Shown: one piece after another, positions 40,884 through 53,282 of the stretch | Position numbering within the stretch: the stretch's first letter is position 1 | How the letters are laid out: each line of letters opens with the position of its first letter | Assembly (NCBI RefSeq): GCF_018350175.1 | Contig: NC_058369.1 | Coordinates: 11,410,001 to 11,474,000 of the forward strand | DNA: 64,000 bases | Direction: 5' to 3' | Source: Felis catus | Taxonomy: Eukaryota | Translations under genes and position numbers: made by a program | Notes under the pieces: model-generated | What the model saw: the letters and a program-made list of their open reading frames with translations, nothing else | What the model was told of the DNA's origin: nothing | Databases searched by the model: none

Positions 40884-41537
40884 CCGCGTACGCTGCGCGC
40901 GCGGCCCCCCCGCCGCCGCCCGGCGTGCGCGTCCCGCGACCGCGCCCGGCGCCAGCGAGCTCGGGAGAGCTGGCGGGCGCGAGGTGAGTGGAGGTGGGGG
41001 GGCGCCCGGGGTAGGGGGGGAACCCCTCGGGGGGGAGGGTGCAGGGATTCGGCAGACCGAGGGAGAGGACCGAGGGGAGACCCCTCAGGCTGAAGGCTAG
41101 GTCTGAGAAGATCTGAAGGCAGAGAGAGACGAACAAAATTTAAGAAAGGTCTGCTGATGAGACCCTCGGCGAGAGGGAGGAAGGTGTGGAAAGACCCTAG
41201 AGACTCGTGGCAGAGGCCGAGTAGGGCCCCCTGCCCCGGGTGGGAAGGGGGCAGTGTGTTGAGCGAGGTTGGGACCCTTCGGTCCGCGAGCCGCGGCGGG
41301 GGTGCGGGCGCCGGTCGGAGGGGGAGGGCGGAGGTGACGGTGCGCGGGGCCGCGGCTGCGTGTGTCCCCGCCCGCCGCTGCTGGCGTCCGAGGGGCCGGG
41401 AGCGCTGTCCCTCCAGCCGCCCCCCTCCTCCCCAGCCGGGCCTGGATACTCGCAGAGCAAGTCCGCTCCACAGGGCCGGGGCAGGGGGTGGGGTGGGGGG
41501 ATAAGGGTTAGGTCGCTTGCGCTTTAAAGAGGATTCT

Positions 41538-41636
41538 GGGGATGCCTTGCCGGCACAGTCGGTGGAGCGTGGGACTCTCGGTCTCGGGGTCGTGAGTTCG
41601 AGCCCCACGTTGGGCGGAGAGCTTACTGAAAAAAAT
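41538..41636 (+). mobile_element. Short tRNA-derived Can-SINE at the CpG-island edge, with CpGs retained
   Basis: A box GGCACAGTCGG and B box GTTCGAGCC (41596-41604), then an A tail. Confidence 0.8.
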
Positions 41637-42644
41637 TAACTAATTAAAAAATAAATAAAATGATGATCCTGTGAAATTTTTCAAACGGGAAAGCAAAACC
41701 TTTCCCTTTTGCCCTTAGCGTCACTCTTTTAGCGTTTTTATTCCCCCCTCTTTTAGAAATCGCAAATGCTGTTCTGTAAAAAAGTCTAAAAATTCCCCGA
41801 CAGCCCCTTCTTTCAGAATATATTAATACAGAATAGCAAGTAGTTTTGTCTCCGTCGTAGTGTTTGCTCACTCTTCAAGGTCAATCATAAATCACTGTTG
41901 GGTCCCGGGCAAAGTAAGGACTTAATTGCATCCGTTATTTTAGCAAAGCATAAGATAACGAATAATTAAGTGCAAGGAATAAAGGAAGTGACTGCAACTG
42001 ATTTATTAGTTAGTTTCCTTCTAATTATGTATTACAGAATATCGAAGTTTGTGAATAACTTCTGGTTCCTTATTTTGCCCGCTCAACAATTTGTGGAAGA
42101 GAATCGGAAAGGGGAAAAGAATAAGAAGGTGTGCAGGGCTATGTGAATATGGAATAACAACTTTTTTTTTTTTAAAGAAGACTAGAATATATCCATTTTA
42201 AGCTGCCCTTCCCATAGTTGTCTTCTTGCACTGTCTATTTTTGTTTCTGATGATGTTTTTGGAAGTAATTTGGAGCTGCCAGTCACATAAAATTTTTTGT
42301 TTTACTCTACAATCACACGTCATTTTAGACAGAATATACAAACTACAAAGGCAATTCCAAAAGCTTTTAAAACGACAATGTCCTATTCTTTTTGTCTTCC
42401 ATAGTGCAGAGCCTAACTCCTCACAGGGATCTTAAACTCAGAAAATATTTATCCAGTTAAGTTAGGTTAATAACATTTTGTTTTTAATAGTTCACATTTT
42501 GAATAAGTTCTTATTTTTTTCTCTTGTTATTCCTGTGTTTGCAGTATTAAAAACCAGAAGAGATTAATAAAAACATTAAGGAATGAGCCATGAAGTACAT
42601 ACTCTAATTCTGCATGGCTTTAAATATATATTCATTAAAAAAAA

Positions 42645-42853
42645 AACTTTTTTTAACGTTCATCTATTTTTGACAGAGAGACCGAGCATGAACAGGGGAG
42701 GGTCAGAGAGAGGGGGAGACACAGAATCCGAAGCAGGTTCCGGGCTCTGAGCTGTCAGCACAGAGCATGATGCAAGGCTGGAACCCAGGAAGCGTGAGAA
42801 CATGACTTGAGCAGAAGTCAGGCGCTTAACCAACTGAGCCACCCCGGTGCCCC
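42645..42853 (-). mobile_element. SINEC_Fc
   Basis: gacagagagaccgagcatgaac...ctgagccaccccggtgcccc. Confidence 0.9.
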
Positions 42854-43001
42854 TGTATTACTCGTTTTAAGTAAAATAACACATTTAACCATTTTACCTG
42901 AAAAATACAAAAGAATATAGAGGGAAAATTAAGTATCCCTCTTATCTCTTCCCCTCCCTCACCAGGATAACCACTGTTAATCTCTTCGAGGTGTATTAGA
43001 C

Positions 43002-44197
43002 CTGTGCTGTCTGATAGGACCACACAAGGCTATTGAGAGCTTGAAATGTAGCTGGCCCAAATTGAGATGCATTGTAAGTGTAAAATACGCATTGCACTTC
43101 AAAGGTTTAATGTGAGGGGTGCCTGGGTGGCTCAGTGGGTTGAGCGTTCGACTTCAGCTCAGGTCGTGATCTCATGGCCCGTGAGTTGGAGCCCGGCGTC
43201 GGGCTCTGTGCTGACAGCTCAGAGCCTGGAGCCTGCTTCAGATTCTATGTCTCCCTTACTCTCTGCCCCTCCCCTGCTCGTGCTCTGTCTCTATCTCAAA
43301 AACATTAAAAAAAAATTTTTTAAGATTTAATGTGGGGCACCTGGGTGGCTCAGTCGGTTCAGCGGCCGACTTCAGCTCAGGTCACGATCTCGCGGTCCGT
43401 GAGTTCCAGCCCCGCGTCGGGCTCTGTGCTGACAGCTCAGAGCCTGGAGCCTGTTTCAGATTCTGTGTCTCCCTCTCTCTGACCCTCCCCCGTTCATGCT
43501 CTGTCTCTCTCTGTCTCAAAAATAAATAAACATTAAAAAAAAAAAAAAAAGATTTAATGTGAAAAAACACATAAAATATATTTTTTTAATTTTTTGTATT
43601 TGATTACCTGTTGAAATAATACTTTATATGTTGGGATAAATAAAATATATTATTAAATTTAATTTTACCAGTTTCTTTTTATTTTTTTTTTTTAATTTTT
43701 TTTAATCTTTATTTTTGAGAGAGAGAGACAGAGTGTGAGTGGGGGAGGGGCACAGAGAGAAGGAGACACAGAATCTGAAGCAGGCTCCAGGCTCTGAGCT
43801 GTCAGCACAGAGCCCGACGCGGGGCTCAAACTCACGAACCCACGAGGTCATGTCCTGAGCCAAAGTTGGATGCCCAACTGACTGTGCCACCCAGGCGCCC
43901 CATCTTTTTACTTTTTTTAAATATTTATTTATTTTTGAGAGAAACAGAAAGAGAGTGAGCAGAGGAGGGGCAGAGAGGGGGGAGACAGAATCCCAAGCAG
44001 GCTTGTCGCTGCCAGCACAGAGCCCGATGTTGGAGTTGAATTCACCACTCATGAGATCATGACCTGAGCTGAAACCAGGAGTTGGATGCTGAACTGACTG
44101 AGCCGCCCAGGTGCCTCTCTATTACCTTTTTTAATGTGGTTACGAGAAAACAAAATTACACATGTAACTTGCAACATATTTCTGTTGGACAGCACTG
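43002..44197 (+). mobile_element. MER33 (hAT-Charlie) split by four SINE insertions (about 43116-43321 +, 43334-43550 +, 43680-43900 -, 43905-44118 -)
   Basis: ctgtgctgtc...cttgaaatgtagctggcccaaattgagatg...aaaattacacatgtaac...ttggacagcactg matches the MER33 ends; TAGA-containing 8-bp flanks. Confidence 0.8.
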
Positions 44198-44254
44198 TTC
44201 TAGAGGGGGTTTTTTTGGTCTTTTTGTATGTGTGAAACAACATTTTATATATAT

Positions 44255-45140
44255 TTTTTAAAGTAAGCTCTACCCCTCAACGTAGGGGGCTTGAACTCAC
44301 AACCTCAAGATCAAGAGTCACATGTTCTACCAACTGAGCCAGCCAGTTGCCCCTTGTTTTTTTGTTTGTTTGGCTTTTTTTTTCCCACACAGTTGACATA
44401 CAATGTTATATTAGTTTCAGGTGTACAACATAGTGATTCCACAACTTTATACACCATCTAGACCTTTTTATGCATCAATATGTATCGACATGTAGAAATA
44501 GTTGTGTTGTTATAAAATAAAAGAGATCGTTCCGTATTTGTTGATTTGTAATGTGCTTTTTCTCATTTAATACATCTTAGAAGCCGTTCCACATGAATAC
44601 TCTGAGATCTACCTAATTAGGAGATAACTCCAAGATGATATACCTATCTGATGGCTGATCTGGTATGGATTGATCATAATTTATTTAGCCATTCTCCTAT
44701 TAACATTTAATTCATTTCTAGTTTTCATCATAGTAGTATTATAGTGAAGATCCTATACATTTACCATTTGCTCTTCATACCTGCCAGTATTTTTCCAGAT
44801 TAAAAGAGTAGGGGCACTGGGGCACATGGGTAACTCAGTCGGTTAAGCGTCCGACTCTAGATTTTCACTCAGGTCATGATCTCACTGTGGGATCAAGCCC
44901 CACTTTGGGCTCTGTGCTGACAACCTGGAGGCCTGCTTGGAATTTTGTCTCTCTCCCTCTCTCTCTTCCCCTCCCCTGCTCATGCTCGCTCGATCTCGAA
45001 ATAAATAAATAAACATTTAAGAAAAAAAGAATAGGGGTGCCTGGCTGGCTCAGTCGGTGGAGCATGTGACTCCTGATCTCGGTGTTGTGGGTTCAAGCCC
45101 CATGTTGGGTGTAGAGATTGCTTAAAAATAAAAAATAATA
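44255..45140. mobile_element. Cluster: short SINE (-, 44255-44353), L1 3' fragments, SINE (+, about 44819-45030), short SINE (+, 45033-45140)
   Basis: SINE heads and tails and the L1 motif atattagtttcaggtgtacaacatagtgat. Confidence 0.75.
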
Positions 45141-45394
45141 ATAAGCTATAGAGTGTTTTCTTAAAGGCAAGGACAAATTTATAAACCAAATCAGCTTTGG
45201 AAAAACTGGAGGTGTTCAATTTGTTATGGCCTGAATCCATGCCCATTTTCAAATGAGAACTTGCCTGTGAAGTTAGATTCTGGAATTTATAGTTAGGGCC
45301 TAGAGATGGTGAATGACTCAAGATCACACATTTACACAGTTTAGAACTCAGATCTCCTGACTCCATGAAAACTGCCGGCATCTTTTCTCTAGCT

Positions 45395-46070
45395 CCAGAG
45401 TTGACAATAGTCAATATCTATGCTTTGTGGGCCATTGCCAATCTTTGGAACTCTGCCATTATAGCATAAAAAGTAGCTGTAGTTAGTATATAAGCAAATG
45501 GGTGTGGCTTTGTCCCAATAAAGTGTTATGGATAATAAAATTAGATTTTCATGCCGATTTCAGGAATCGCAAAATATTATTCTTGTTTTTTTTTTTTTTT
45601 TAATTTTTTTTCAACGTTTATTTATTTTTGGGACAGAGAGAGACAGAGCATGAATGGGGGAGGGGCAGAGAGAGAGGGAGAGACAGAATGGGAAACAGGC
45701 TCCAGGCTCTGAGCCATCAGCCCAGAGCCTGACGCGGGGCTCGAACTCCCAGACCGCGAGATCGTGACCTGGCTGAAGTCGGACGCTTAACCGACTGCGC
45801 CACCCAGGCGCCCCTAAAATATTATTCTTTAGATTTTTTTTTTTTTTTTTTTTTTACAATTTTATTTTTTTAAGTAATCTCTACACCCAACCGGGGGCTC
45901 AAACTTACAACCCTGAGGTCAAGAGTCTCATGCTGTACTGACTGAGCCAGCCAGGCGCCCCTAATTTTTTTTTTCAGCCTTTTAAAAATATAAAAACTAT
46001 TCTTTGTTGGAAGGCTGTACAAAGAGACAGCAGTCCAGATTTATCCCAAGGCCGAGTCTGCTGATCCCTG
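45395..46070 (+). mobile_element. MER58B-like DNA transposon interrupted by a young SINEC_Fc (-, 45586-45814, TSD aaaatattattctt) and a short SINE (-, about 45860-45962)
   Basis: gctttgtgggccat...gggtgtggctttgtcccaataaa...ctgctgatccctg followed by ctctaga. Confidence 0.72.
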
Positions 46071-46149
46071 CTCTAGACTTGAGAGTCTAGGAAATTTATT
46101 TACCCTTATATAGAAGGTATTCTACTTGCATTTTTTTTGTTAATTCTTT

Positions 46150-46410
46150 TTTTTTTTTTTTTTTTTTTAGCAGTTTTAGGTTTACGTTAAAATTGAGTGG
46201 AAAGTACAGAGTTCCCATATACTGCTTTACTTCCCCTCTCGACTTCCTCCATTATTAATATGAATAGCGTGGTACATTTGTTATAGTTGATGAGCCAATA
46301 TGGATACGTGATTATTAACTAAAGTCCATAGTTTACATTAGGGCTCACTCTTTGTGTTGTATATTCTGTGAGTTTTGACAAATAAGGAATGACATGTGTC
46401 CACCAGTTTA
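46150..46410 (-). mobile_element. L1MA 3'-end fragment
   Basis: cagttttaggtttac...aaagtacagagttcccatatac...aaagtccatagtttacattaggg. Confidence 0.8.
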
Positions 46411-46668
46411 CTTGCCAACATTTAACTCCTAAATTAGGAACAAAATAAGCTTCAGAATAGAGCACTGCAGTTCTTTCAGCCACAAACAGGTGCATGATAG
46501 CCCTAAGGGTAATCTTTAGTTTCTGTACATCATTAATTTGTATTTTGCTGTGTGTTTGCTTAGTTTTGAAGTGTTTGACAAACATCATTCACTGTCCCAC
46601 TCAAAATAATGAGATGCTGAAAGATCTAGCGTGAAGAGCCATATAATTGCAATTAAAAAAGTAAGTGA

Positions 46669-46890
46669 TGGGCACCTGGGTGGCTCAGTTGGTTAAGCAT
46701 CTGACTTCAGCTCAGGTCATGATCTTGCGGTTGGTGAGTTTGAGCCCCGCGTCAGGCTCTGTGCTGACAGCTCAGAGCCTGGAGCCTGCTTGGGATTCTC
46801 TGTCTCCCTCTCTTTCTGCTCCTCCCCTACTCACATTGTGTCTGTCTCTCTCTCAAAAATAAATACACATTAAAAAAAAATTTTTTTTTA
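46669..46890 (+). mobile_element. SINEC_Fc
   Basis: Full head, body and tail. Confidence 0.9.
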
Positions 46891-47333
46891 AGTGATAAAA
46901 AGTTTCAAAGTGGAAAGAAAATGCAGATGTGGTATATGGGATGAAACTGCTCAAGAAGAAGAAATACAGAGGTGAAAGAAAAGCCTAGCGGGAGTGCTCA
47001 TATACCACCCATCCTGTAGTTCATTCATTTTAGAAAACAGTATGGCCTTATCGGGCGAAGTTGAGGCTCTGCGTTGAACATCATGGTCCACTGATTGCAG
47101 TCCCTAGGAAACTTGCTGGTACACTGAAGAAGGTTCAGAACGGGTTTGTTCCGAAGACACCACTCTGAAGGCAAGCCCAGTGTTCACCCATGGCAGGATG
47201 CATAGATTGTAATGTAATGAAAATGAACAAATCACAGCCACATGAGACAACAGGGATAAATCTTGCAAACATAACAGGAAATCAAAGAAGCAAGGCCTCT
47301 GTGCTTATGTGATGGTTCTGTTGCTATGCTGAA

Positions 47334-48087
47334 TTTTTTTTTTTTTAATGTTTATTTTTGAGAGAGACAGAGGGAGATAACAGAATCTAAAGCAGGCTCC
47401 AGGCCTCCAGGCTCCAGGCCCCAACGAGGGTCTTGAACTTGTGAACTAAGAGATCATGACCTGAGCCGAAATCAGACGCCTATCGACTGAGCCACCCAGG
47501 CACCCCACTATGTTGAGTTTTAAAACAAGAATAGACTAAAGATTTCGGGGAAATAAATCTATAAAGAAAAGCAAGTAATCACCAGTGGTTGCCCAAAAGG
47601 ATCACCTGGAAGGGCTGAGGGAGTGGGTGGGTACAGCCAATATCTAAGGTGTGGCAATATTCTGTTTTTTTGTTGTTTTGTTTTGTTTTTTATTTTAACA
47701 TTTATTTTTGAGACAGGGAGAGACAGAGTACGAACAGGGGAGGGTCAGAGAGAGAGGGAGACACAGAATCTGAAACAGGCTCCAGGCTCTGAGCCGTCAG
47801 CACAGAGCCCGACGCGGGGCTCGAACTCACGGACCGCGAGATCATGGCCTGAGCCGGAGTCGGACGCTTAACCGACTGAGCCACCCAGGTGCCCCTCTGT
47901 TTTGTTTTTGTTTTTTTTTTTAATATATTTTCCAAATCAATGACCTGGCCTGGTCCTGCTGATTCACCTGCACAAGATCTCTGTTACTTTTTTTTTTTTT
48001 TTAGTAAACTAGGCCCAATGTGGGGCCCGAATTCACGACTCCAAGATCAAGAGTCACATGCTCTACTGACTGCCAGCCACGCGCCCT
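47334..48087 (-). mobile_element. Three antisense Can-SINEs (about 47334-47506, 47665-47895, 47990-48087) within old L1 remnants
   Basis: Poly-T starts and ...gagccacccagg ends. Confidence 0.85.
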
Positions 48088-48883
48088 ATTACATTTTTAA
48101 GCATGTGGTATTGCTAACTACAAGCACACTATTGCGTAGGAGGTCTCTAGAGCTTTTTCATCTTACAGGTAGGAAAAGTGTTCCTCTTCACTGTGCATTA
48201 ACTTTATAGTTATTCATTCAACTGTACCTGTGTTTTATGCACATTTTGTGTTCAATGCACAATGTGTACTTCAACTTTTTAAAGTAAAGAATGGATGATA
48301 CATATGTAAAGAAACCATGCCTGAGCAAGAGAAGTAAATAGAAAAGGCAGATGATGAAGTTGAAATGTACAAACTTTTGAATGTATGACCGGGAAATGAG
48401 CAACATCATAAGACACCTTCTAGTTTAAGGCCCACACAGAAGGCTGGTGATGCCAAAGCATAGAGGCAGCTAAAAGCGTTGCTGGTAGAATTTCAGTCAC
48501 GAGCCACTGACAGTCCCATGAGTTCAAGGCCCTGTGGAATCATCATGGCATCAGAATGAGTGACATTGAACCAAGTGAGGCTGTTCCAGCTGCTAAAAAA
48601 AATTCTTTGGCATTGGCTGAGCAAGGGAAGGTTTCTTGTTTGACCGATTTTCACCAGGGTTGAAGCCAGGCTATTCTGGGGAAGGACGCCTGGTGGAACA
48701 TATTTTAGCAGGGACTCCCTGAGTAGGCCTGCTTTAAAGCTTGGTGGGAACCACCTGCTGTCATCAGTGTAAGTACATGTCAAGACCGAAAGCCTACATC
48801 TCCTGTTCCTCTGCTCAAGGAACATGGGTCGTTCTTAATATGTGCATAAGAAAAGCATCTATATCTGGATTTAGATAGAATTC

Positions 48884-49320
48884 TGTGATAGGCAACTTTC
48901 AAAGATGGCCCCCAGTGAATCCCCACCTTCTGGTGTTCACATCCTTGTGTAATCTCCCCTTGAGTGTGGGCTGGACCTAGTGATTTGCTGGTAGTAAAGA
49001 GATTCTCTGAAAAGTGATGGGATGTCACTTTCACGATCAGGTTACAGAAGACTGGCTTTCATCTGGTTCGTCTCTTTTGCTTTCTCAGCTTGCACATTTT
49101 GATGAAGCAAGCTGCTGTATAGGAGAGGCCCATATGGCAAGAGGCTGAGGGTGGCTTCTTGCCAATAGCCAGCAAGGAGCCAAAGCCTTCCCTCAGTCCA
49201 GCAGCTGCAAGGAACTTAGTTCCGCTAACCACCACACTGTCAACACTGAAGGGATAACCTTCCATAGTCAAGCCTTCACATGAGACCACAGCCTTGACCA
49301 ACTGTAATTTGCAGGTCTAA
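48884..49320 (+). mobile_element. MLT1F-type MaLR LTR
   Basis: tgtgatagg...aagatggccccc...cccttgagtgtgggctggacctagtga...gtgatgggatgtcactt matches the MLT1F consensus. Confidence 0.85.
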
Positions 49321-49329
49321 TTCCAACTA

Positions 49330-50680
49330 AGGACTCCGCTAAGCATTCGACTCTTGATCTCAGCCCAGGTTTTGATCTCAAGGTCATGAGTTCAAGCCCT
49401 GTATTGGGCTCCACACCTAGTGTGGAGCCTACTTTAAAAAACAGAAAAAGTTTCTAGCAGCACTATTCACAATAGTCAAAATGTGGAAACAACTTAGATG
49501 TCCATTATTGGATGACTGGATATTATTCAGCCATAAAAATGAATGATGTACTGACACCAGCTACAGCATGGAGGAACCTCAAAAACATGCTTCGTGAAAG
49601 AAGTCATACTGAAAAGGTGATGTATGGTTCCCTCTATGTGAAATAGCCCGACCACATAAATCCAGAGACAGCATATTAGTGGCTGTCAAGGGATGGGAGG
49701 AGGAATGGGGTTATTGAGAATGGGGATACAGTTTCCTTTTAGGGTGAGGAAAATGTCTTGGAACCAGTTATAGGTGATGGCTGCCCAACATTGCGAGTAT
49801 CCCAGATGCCACTGCACTGTCCATCTTAACAATTGAGCCACCCAGGCAGGCACTTTTTTTTTTTTTTTTTTTTTTTTTTTGAGAGAGGGAGTACATTGTC
49901 CACTTTAAAATGGCTAATGGAGGAGCACCTGGCTGGCTTAGTGGAGCATGCAACTCTTGATTTCATGGATCTAAGTTCCATCCTCACATTGGGTGTAGAG
50001 ATTACTTTAAAATATTTTAGTGGTGCCTGGGTGACTCAGTTAAGCATCTGACTCTTGGTTTCGGTTCAGGTCATGATCTGGTTCATGAATTTGAGCCTCT
50101 TGTTGAGCTCTATGGTGACAGTGCTGGAGCCTGCTTGGGATTCTCTCTCTCCCATTATCTCTGCCCCTGCCTTGCTCATGCACGCACACACACTCTCAAA
50201 ATAGTCTTTTTTAAAAAATAAAATCTCTTAGGGGTGCCTGGGTGGCTCAGTGGGTTGAGTGTCCGACTCTTGATTTCCACTTAGGTCACGATCCCAGGGT
50301 CGTGGGATTGAGCTCCACGTGGGGCTCAGCACAGAGCGTGGAGCCTGCTTAGGATTCTGTCTCCCCCATTCATGCGTGTGCTCTATAAAAATAAAATCAT
50401 TTGGGGTGCCTGGGTAGCTCAGTCGGTCAAGCATCCCACTTCGGCTTAGGTCTCGATCTCATGGTTTGTGGGTTCAAGCCCCGCATCAGGCTCTGCTGAC
50501 AGCTGAGCCTGGAGCCCATTTCAGATTCCGTGTCTCCCTCTCTCTGCCCCTCCCCTGCTCGTGCTCTTCTTCAAAAATAAACATTAAAAAAAATTTTAAT
50601 GAAATAAAAGTAAAATCTTAAAAAAATTTTTAAATGGTGAATGGCTCATTTTGTTGTGACTTTTACCTCTAAAAAAGAAA
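49330..50680 (+). mobile_element. L1MB 3' end (about 49450-49915) with a stack of Can-SINEs (about 49335-49445, 49920-50010, 50020-50220, 50231-50395, 50403-50600)
   Basis: cagcactattcacaatagtcaaaatgtggaaacaac L1 motif and consecutive SINE heads. Confidence 0.82.
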
Positions 50681-52034
50681 AACGTTGAGCTCAAACCAGT
50701 TTTTCAATAGAGTCAAATGTTTATCTCATTCAACTGACACCCACGCCCATGAGTGGATTGTCCCCTACCAAACCATATTGTCCCCCAAACTGAATTCTAA
50801 TTTATCTATATAAAATATACCTGCACCTGATAGTTTTGAGAGGAGGTATGTAGACTAAGTCTGCTTGTGGAAAACCAATCTCATTGGCCTCAGTGTCCTT
50901 GTAGAAGGTAAAGGAAGTGGCCCCATACTTTCTCAATGATCCAGGAGCCACCACTATGAAGTGTAAAGCCACACCATGGGTTTTTCCCATGCCCATGTGT
51001 TTACTCCAAGGAGGCTACTATCGAACAATTGCTAAAAGGCTCTTCTGTTTGTTCTTTAGTTCCTGAACTTTCCTGTGCCTGTCTAATCACTACTGGCCAC
51101 ACTTGTGTGAGCAAGGCCCACTTTCAGCCAGGTTGTCAGGCAGTAGAAATGGCTTTTTTATGGTCCAAAATTTAATTGGAGGGGACTTAGTAACACTAAT
51201 GACTATGCACCCTCTTAGAAATCTCTACACCTAAGGTGGGGCTCGAACTTAGCACCCAGGGTTTGAGCCACGTCCTCTTCCAACAGCCAGCCAGCCTCCC
51301 CTGATGTACTCCTGAATGAGCACTTTGCTCTTTACACTGTATTGTTTACCCATTAGCAACTGTATTAAATAATTTCATAAAAACTCAGTGAAACCACACA
51401 AGCCCACAATAGGGGTGACATGAAGTTGAAATCAGGCTGTTTCTAAGATCTTTCTGTCTGGGAATAGCAGGGTTGACCAAATTCCCCAAACCCTTTTTAA
51501 TAAAGGTACTCTCGGTCAAGTTTATGGCCAGTGGTGTCCCACAGATCCGTGCATAATTTGGGTACCTTCATGTTTGGTAGGTGACCCTAAAAGTTACTTA
51601 ACCTCCCCCTGCAGTTTCTCCTCTGCACGTGGGAAATAACGAAAGGAGGAAGCCTGCAGTTTATTCCTGTCTTCTTGGGTCAGAAGGGCATCCCTCTCTG
51701 CAATCCAAGTAGTTACTCCCATCTCGGGGAACCAGGGCCTGGTTTAAGTGTAATTGAGGAATAAAACGATTCATGTCACTTCACGACTGGGTGGGCGTGG
51801 AAGGACCACACGGAAGTTTAGATAGGTTTAATGAGAGGCCGTGGAGTGCATTTTACAAGAGAAGCAGAACAGAACAGTTTCATCGTTCTGTCATCCTTTT
51901 TCAGACTACTGATGTGCCACCAACCTTTTTGCCTCGAGAGAAGACACTTCAAAGGGCACACACAAACTAAGGCACCTCTGTGTAGTGGTGATGACAGACA
52001 CAATTCAGACACCATTTTCTTGCTTACTGAGCAA

Positions 52035-52040
52035 TTTATT
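52035..52040 (-). terminator. AKAP8 distal polyadenylation signal AATAAA (candidate)
   Basis: Minus strand acaAATAAAttgctcag with GT-rich downstream sequence. Confidence 0.45.
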
Positions 52041-53006
52041 TGTTTCTAGTTCTTATATTGACCTTTCATAAATATTCATCTCGTCTCCAATAAAGCTCCT
52101 TGAGAGCAGGGCCCATATCTTAACTTTTATCAGGGATTAGCACCTTGTGCACAACAGGTGCTCCTCAAGTCTTTTACTATCTAGTAAATTCCACCCCCCC
52201 TCCCCCCCCCCCCCCGCCGATGCTTCCCCGAGTGAGACAGTTCAAAGCTTTGCAGGGAAACAGGCCCAGCAGTATCATTTCAAAAGGGAAGCGTCTTTCA
52301 ATTCTCTTGATTATATCAAAGTATAACTCGCTTCCTACCCTTTTACACAGGCTAACTTTCCCAGATCCCTAAACCTCCAAAGGGGTAGTATTTGAAATGT
52401 GTGTATTTCACTGTATTCATTTCTTACAGATAGCATCTATCTATGGCAATTTATATTTGTTTTCCATTCATGGGAGTGACACCAAGTTTTCTTTCTAAAT
52501 ATATTGTAGAAGCAACTCACTTTAAGAAAAAAAAAAAAAACCCAACCCTGAAGTAACAAAGGTGGAACACAAATGAGGTAAAAACAAAACAAAAACTATA
52601 AAGGTGATACACCAAAGACTAAAGATTGGGAAAATAATGCCCTAGGCAAAATGTCCTCATTCTTGAGGGGCAAGCGGGAGGGCGTCCAAGGGTGCCAGTC
52701 TGTCAGATTCATGAGGCCTTTGAGAAGAGGTCACTGACGTGACAGAACCAACATCAAGTTAACGAGATTCTGCTACATCTTGTGAGGATCACACACCACA
52801 CACGGTGTGCTCCCGAAGCAGGTCAAAAACTGAAGCCAAAGCAAATTCTTGAAACTTAAAAAAAAACACAAAAAACCCTTTATAAAACAAGATATACCCT
52901 AGTATTAAGCTGCTCTCAGAAAAAAAAAACAATAATAATAAAAAGGGCATTCAGCCAGTTGCTGTATTTAACAAGCAAAATATCATCAAAATCTAATTAC
53001 CCAACT

Positions 53007-53012
53007 TTTATT
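53007..53012 (-). terminator. AKAP8 proximal polyadenylation signal AATAAA
   Basis: Minus strand gaagtAATAAAagttggg, about 270 nt after the stop, followed by T/GT-rich sequence. Confidence 0.6.
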
Positions 53013-53282
53013 ACTTCAACTGCAGTGTAGAGAGATTTCACAGCCACTTGGGGGAATGTACAACTTCTGCAGCCTTTAAACCAAGGCAGAAAGCCAGACA
53101 ACTCTGCAACACAAGCCCGTGAGGTACACTTTTTGGAAGGAAATGGCTGGGTCTCTTCAACAAAGTTTCCAGCATATTCCAGTAACACACCTAGCACTGC
53201 TTACAAACAGTGAGAGAGAGCAATGCAAAAGGAGAGAGAGCAACGCATTTCTGAAACACATCCCCTGAAACGGGGAGGAGGC

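Larger units (their letters stand above)
39750..41620. promoter_or_regulatory. CpG island / BRD4 promoter
   Basis: About 1.9 kb of very GC- and CpG-rich sequence with GC boxes and CRE, YY1 and ETS motifs, downstream of AKAP8 as in the conserved AKAP8-BRD4 synteny. Confidence 0.93.
52015..53282 (-). other. AKAP8: AKAP8 3' UTR (distal end approximate)
   Basis: Follows the stop codon; minus-strand AATAAA at 53007-53012 and 52035-52040. Confidence 0.6.

Noticed and set aside
39529..41608. Long overlapping ORFs (299, 334 and 465 aa) across the CpG island
   Set aside because: Low-complexity Arg/Pro/Gly/Ala translations expected from stop-poor GC-rich DNA; no recognisable domain; they overlap the non-coding BRD4 promoter.
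41538..41636. tRNA-like sequence with A and B boxes
   Set aside because: It is the tRNA-derived head of a Can-SINE with an A tail; it has no proper cloverleaf or acceptor stem.
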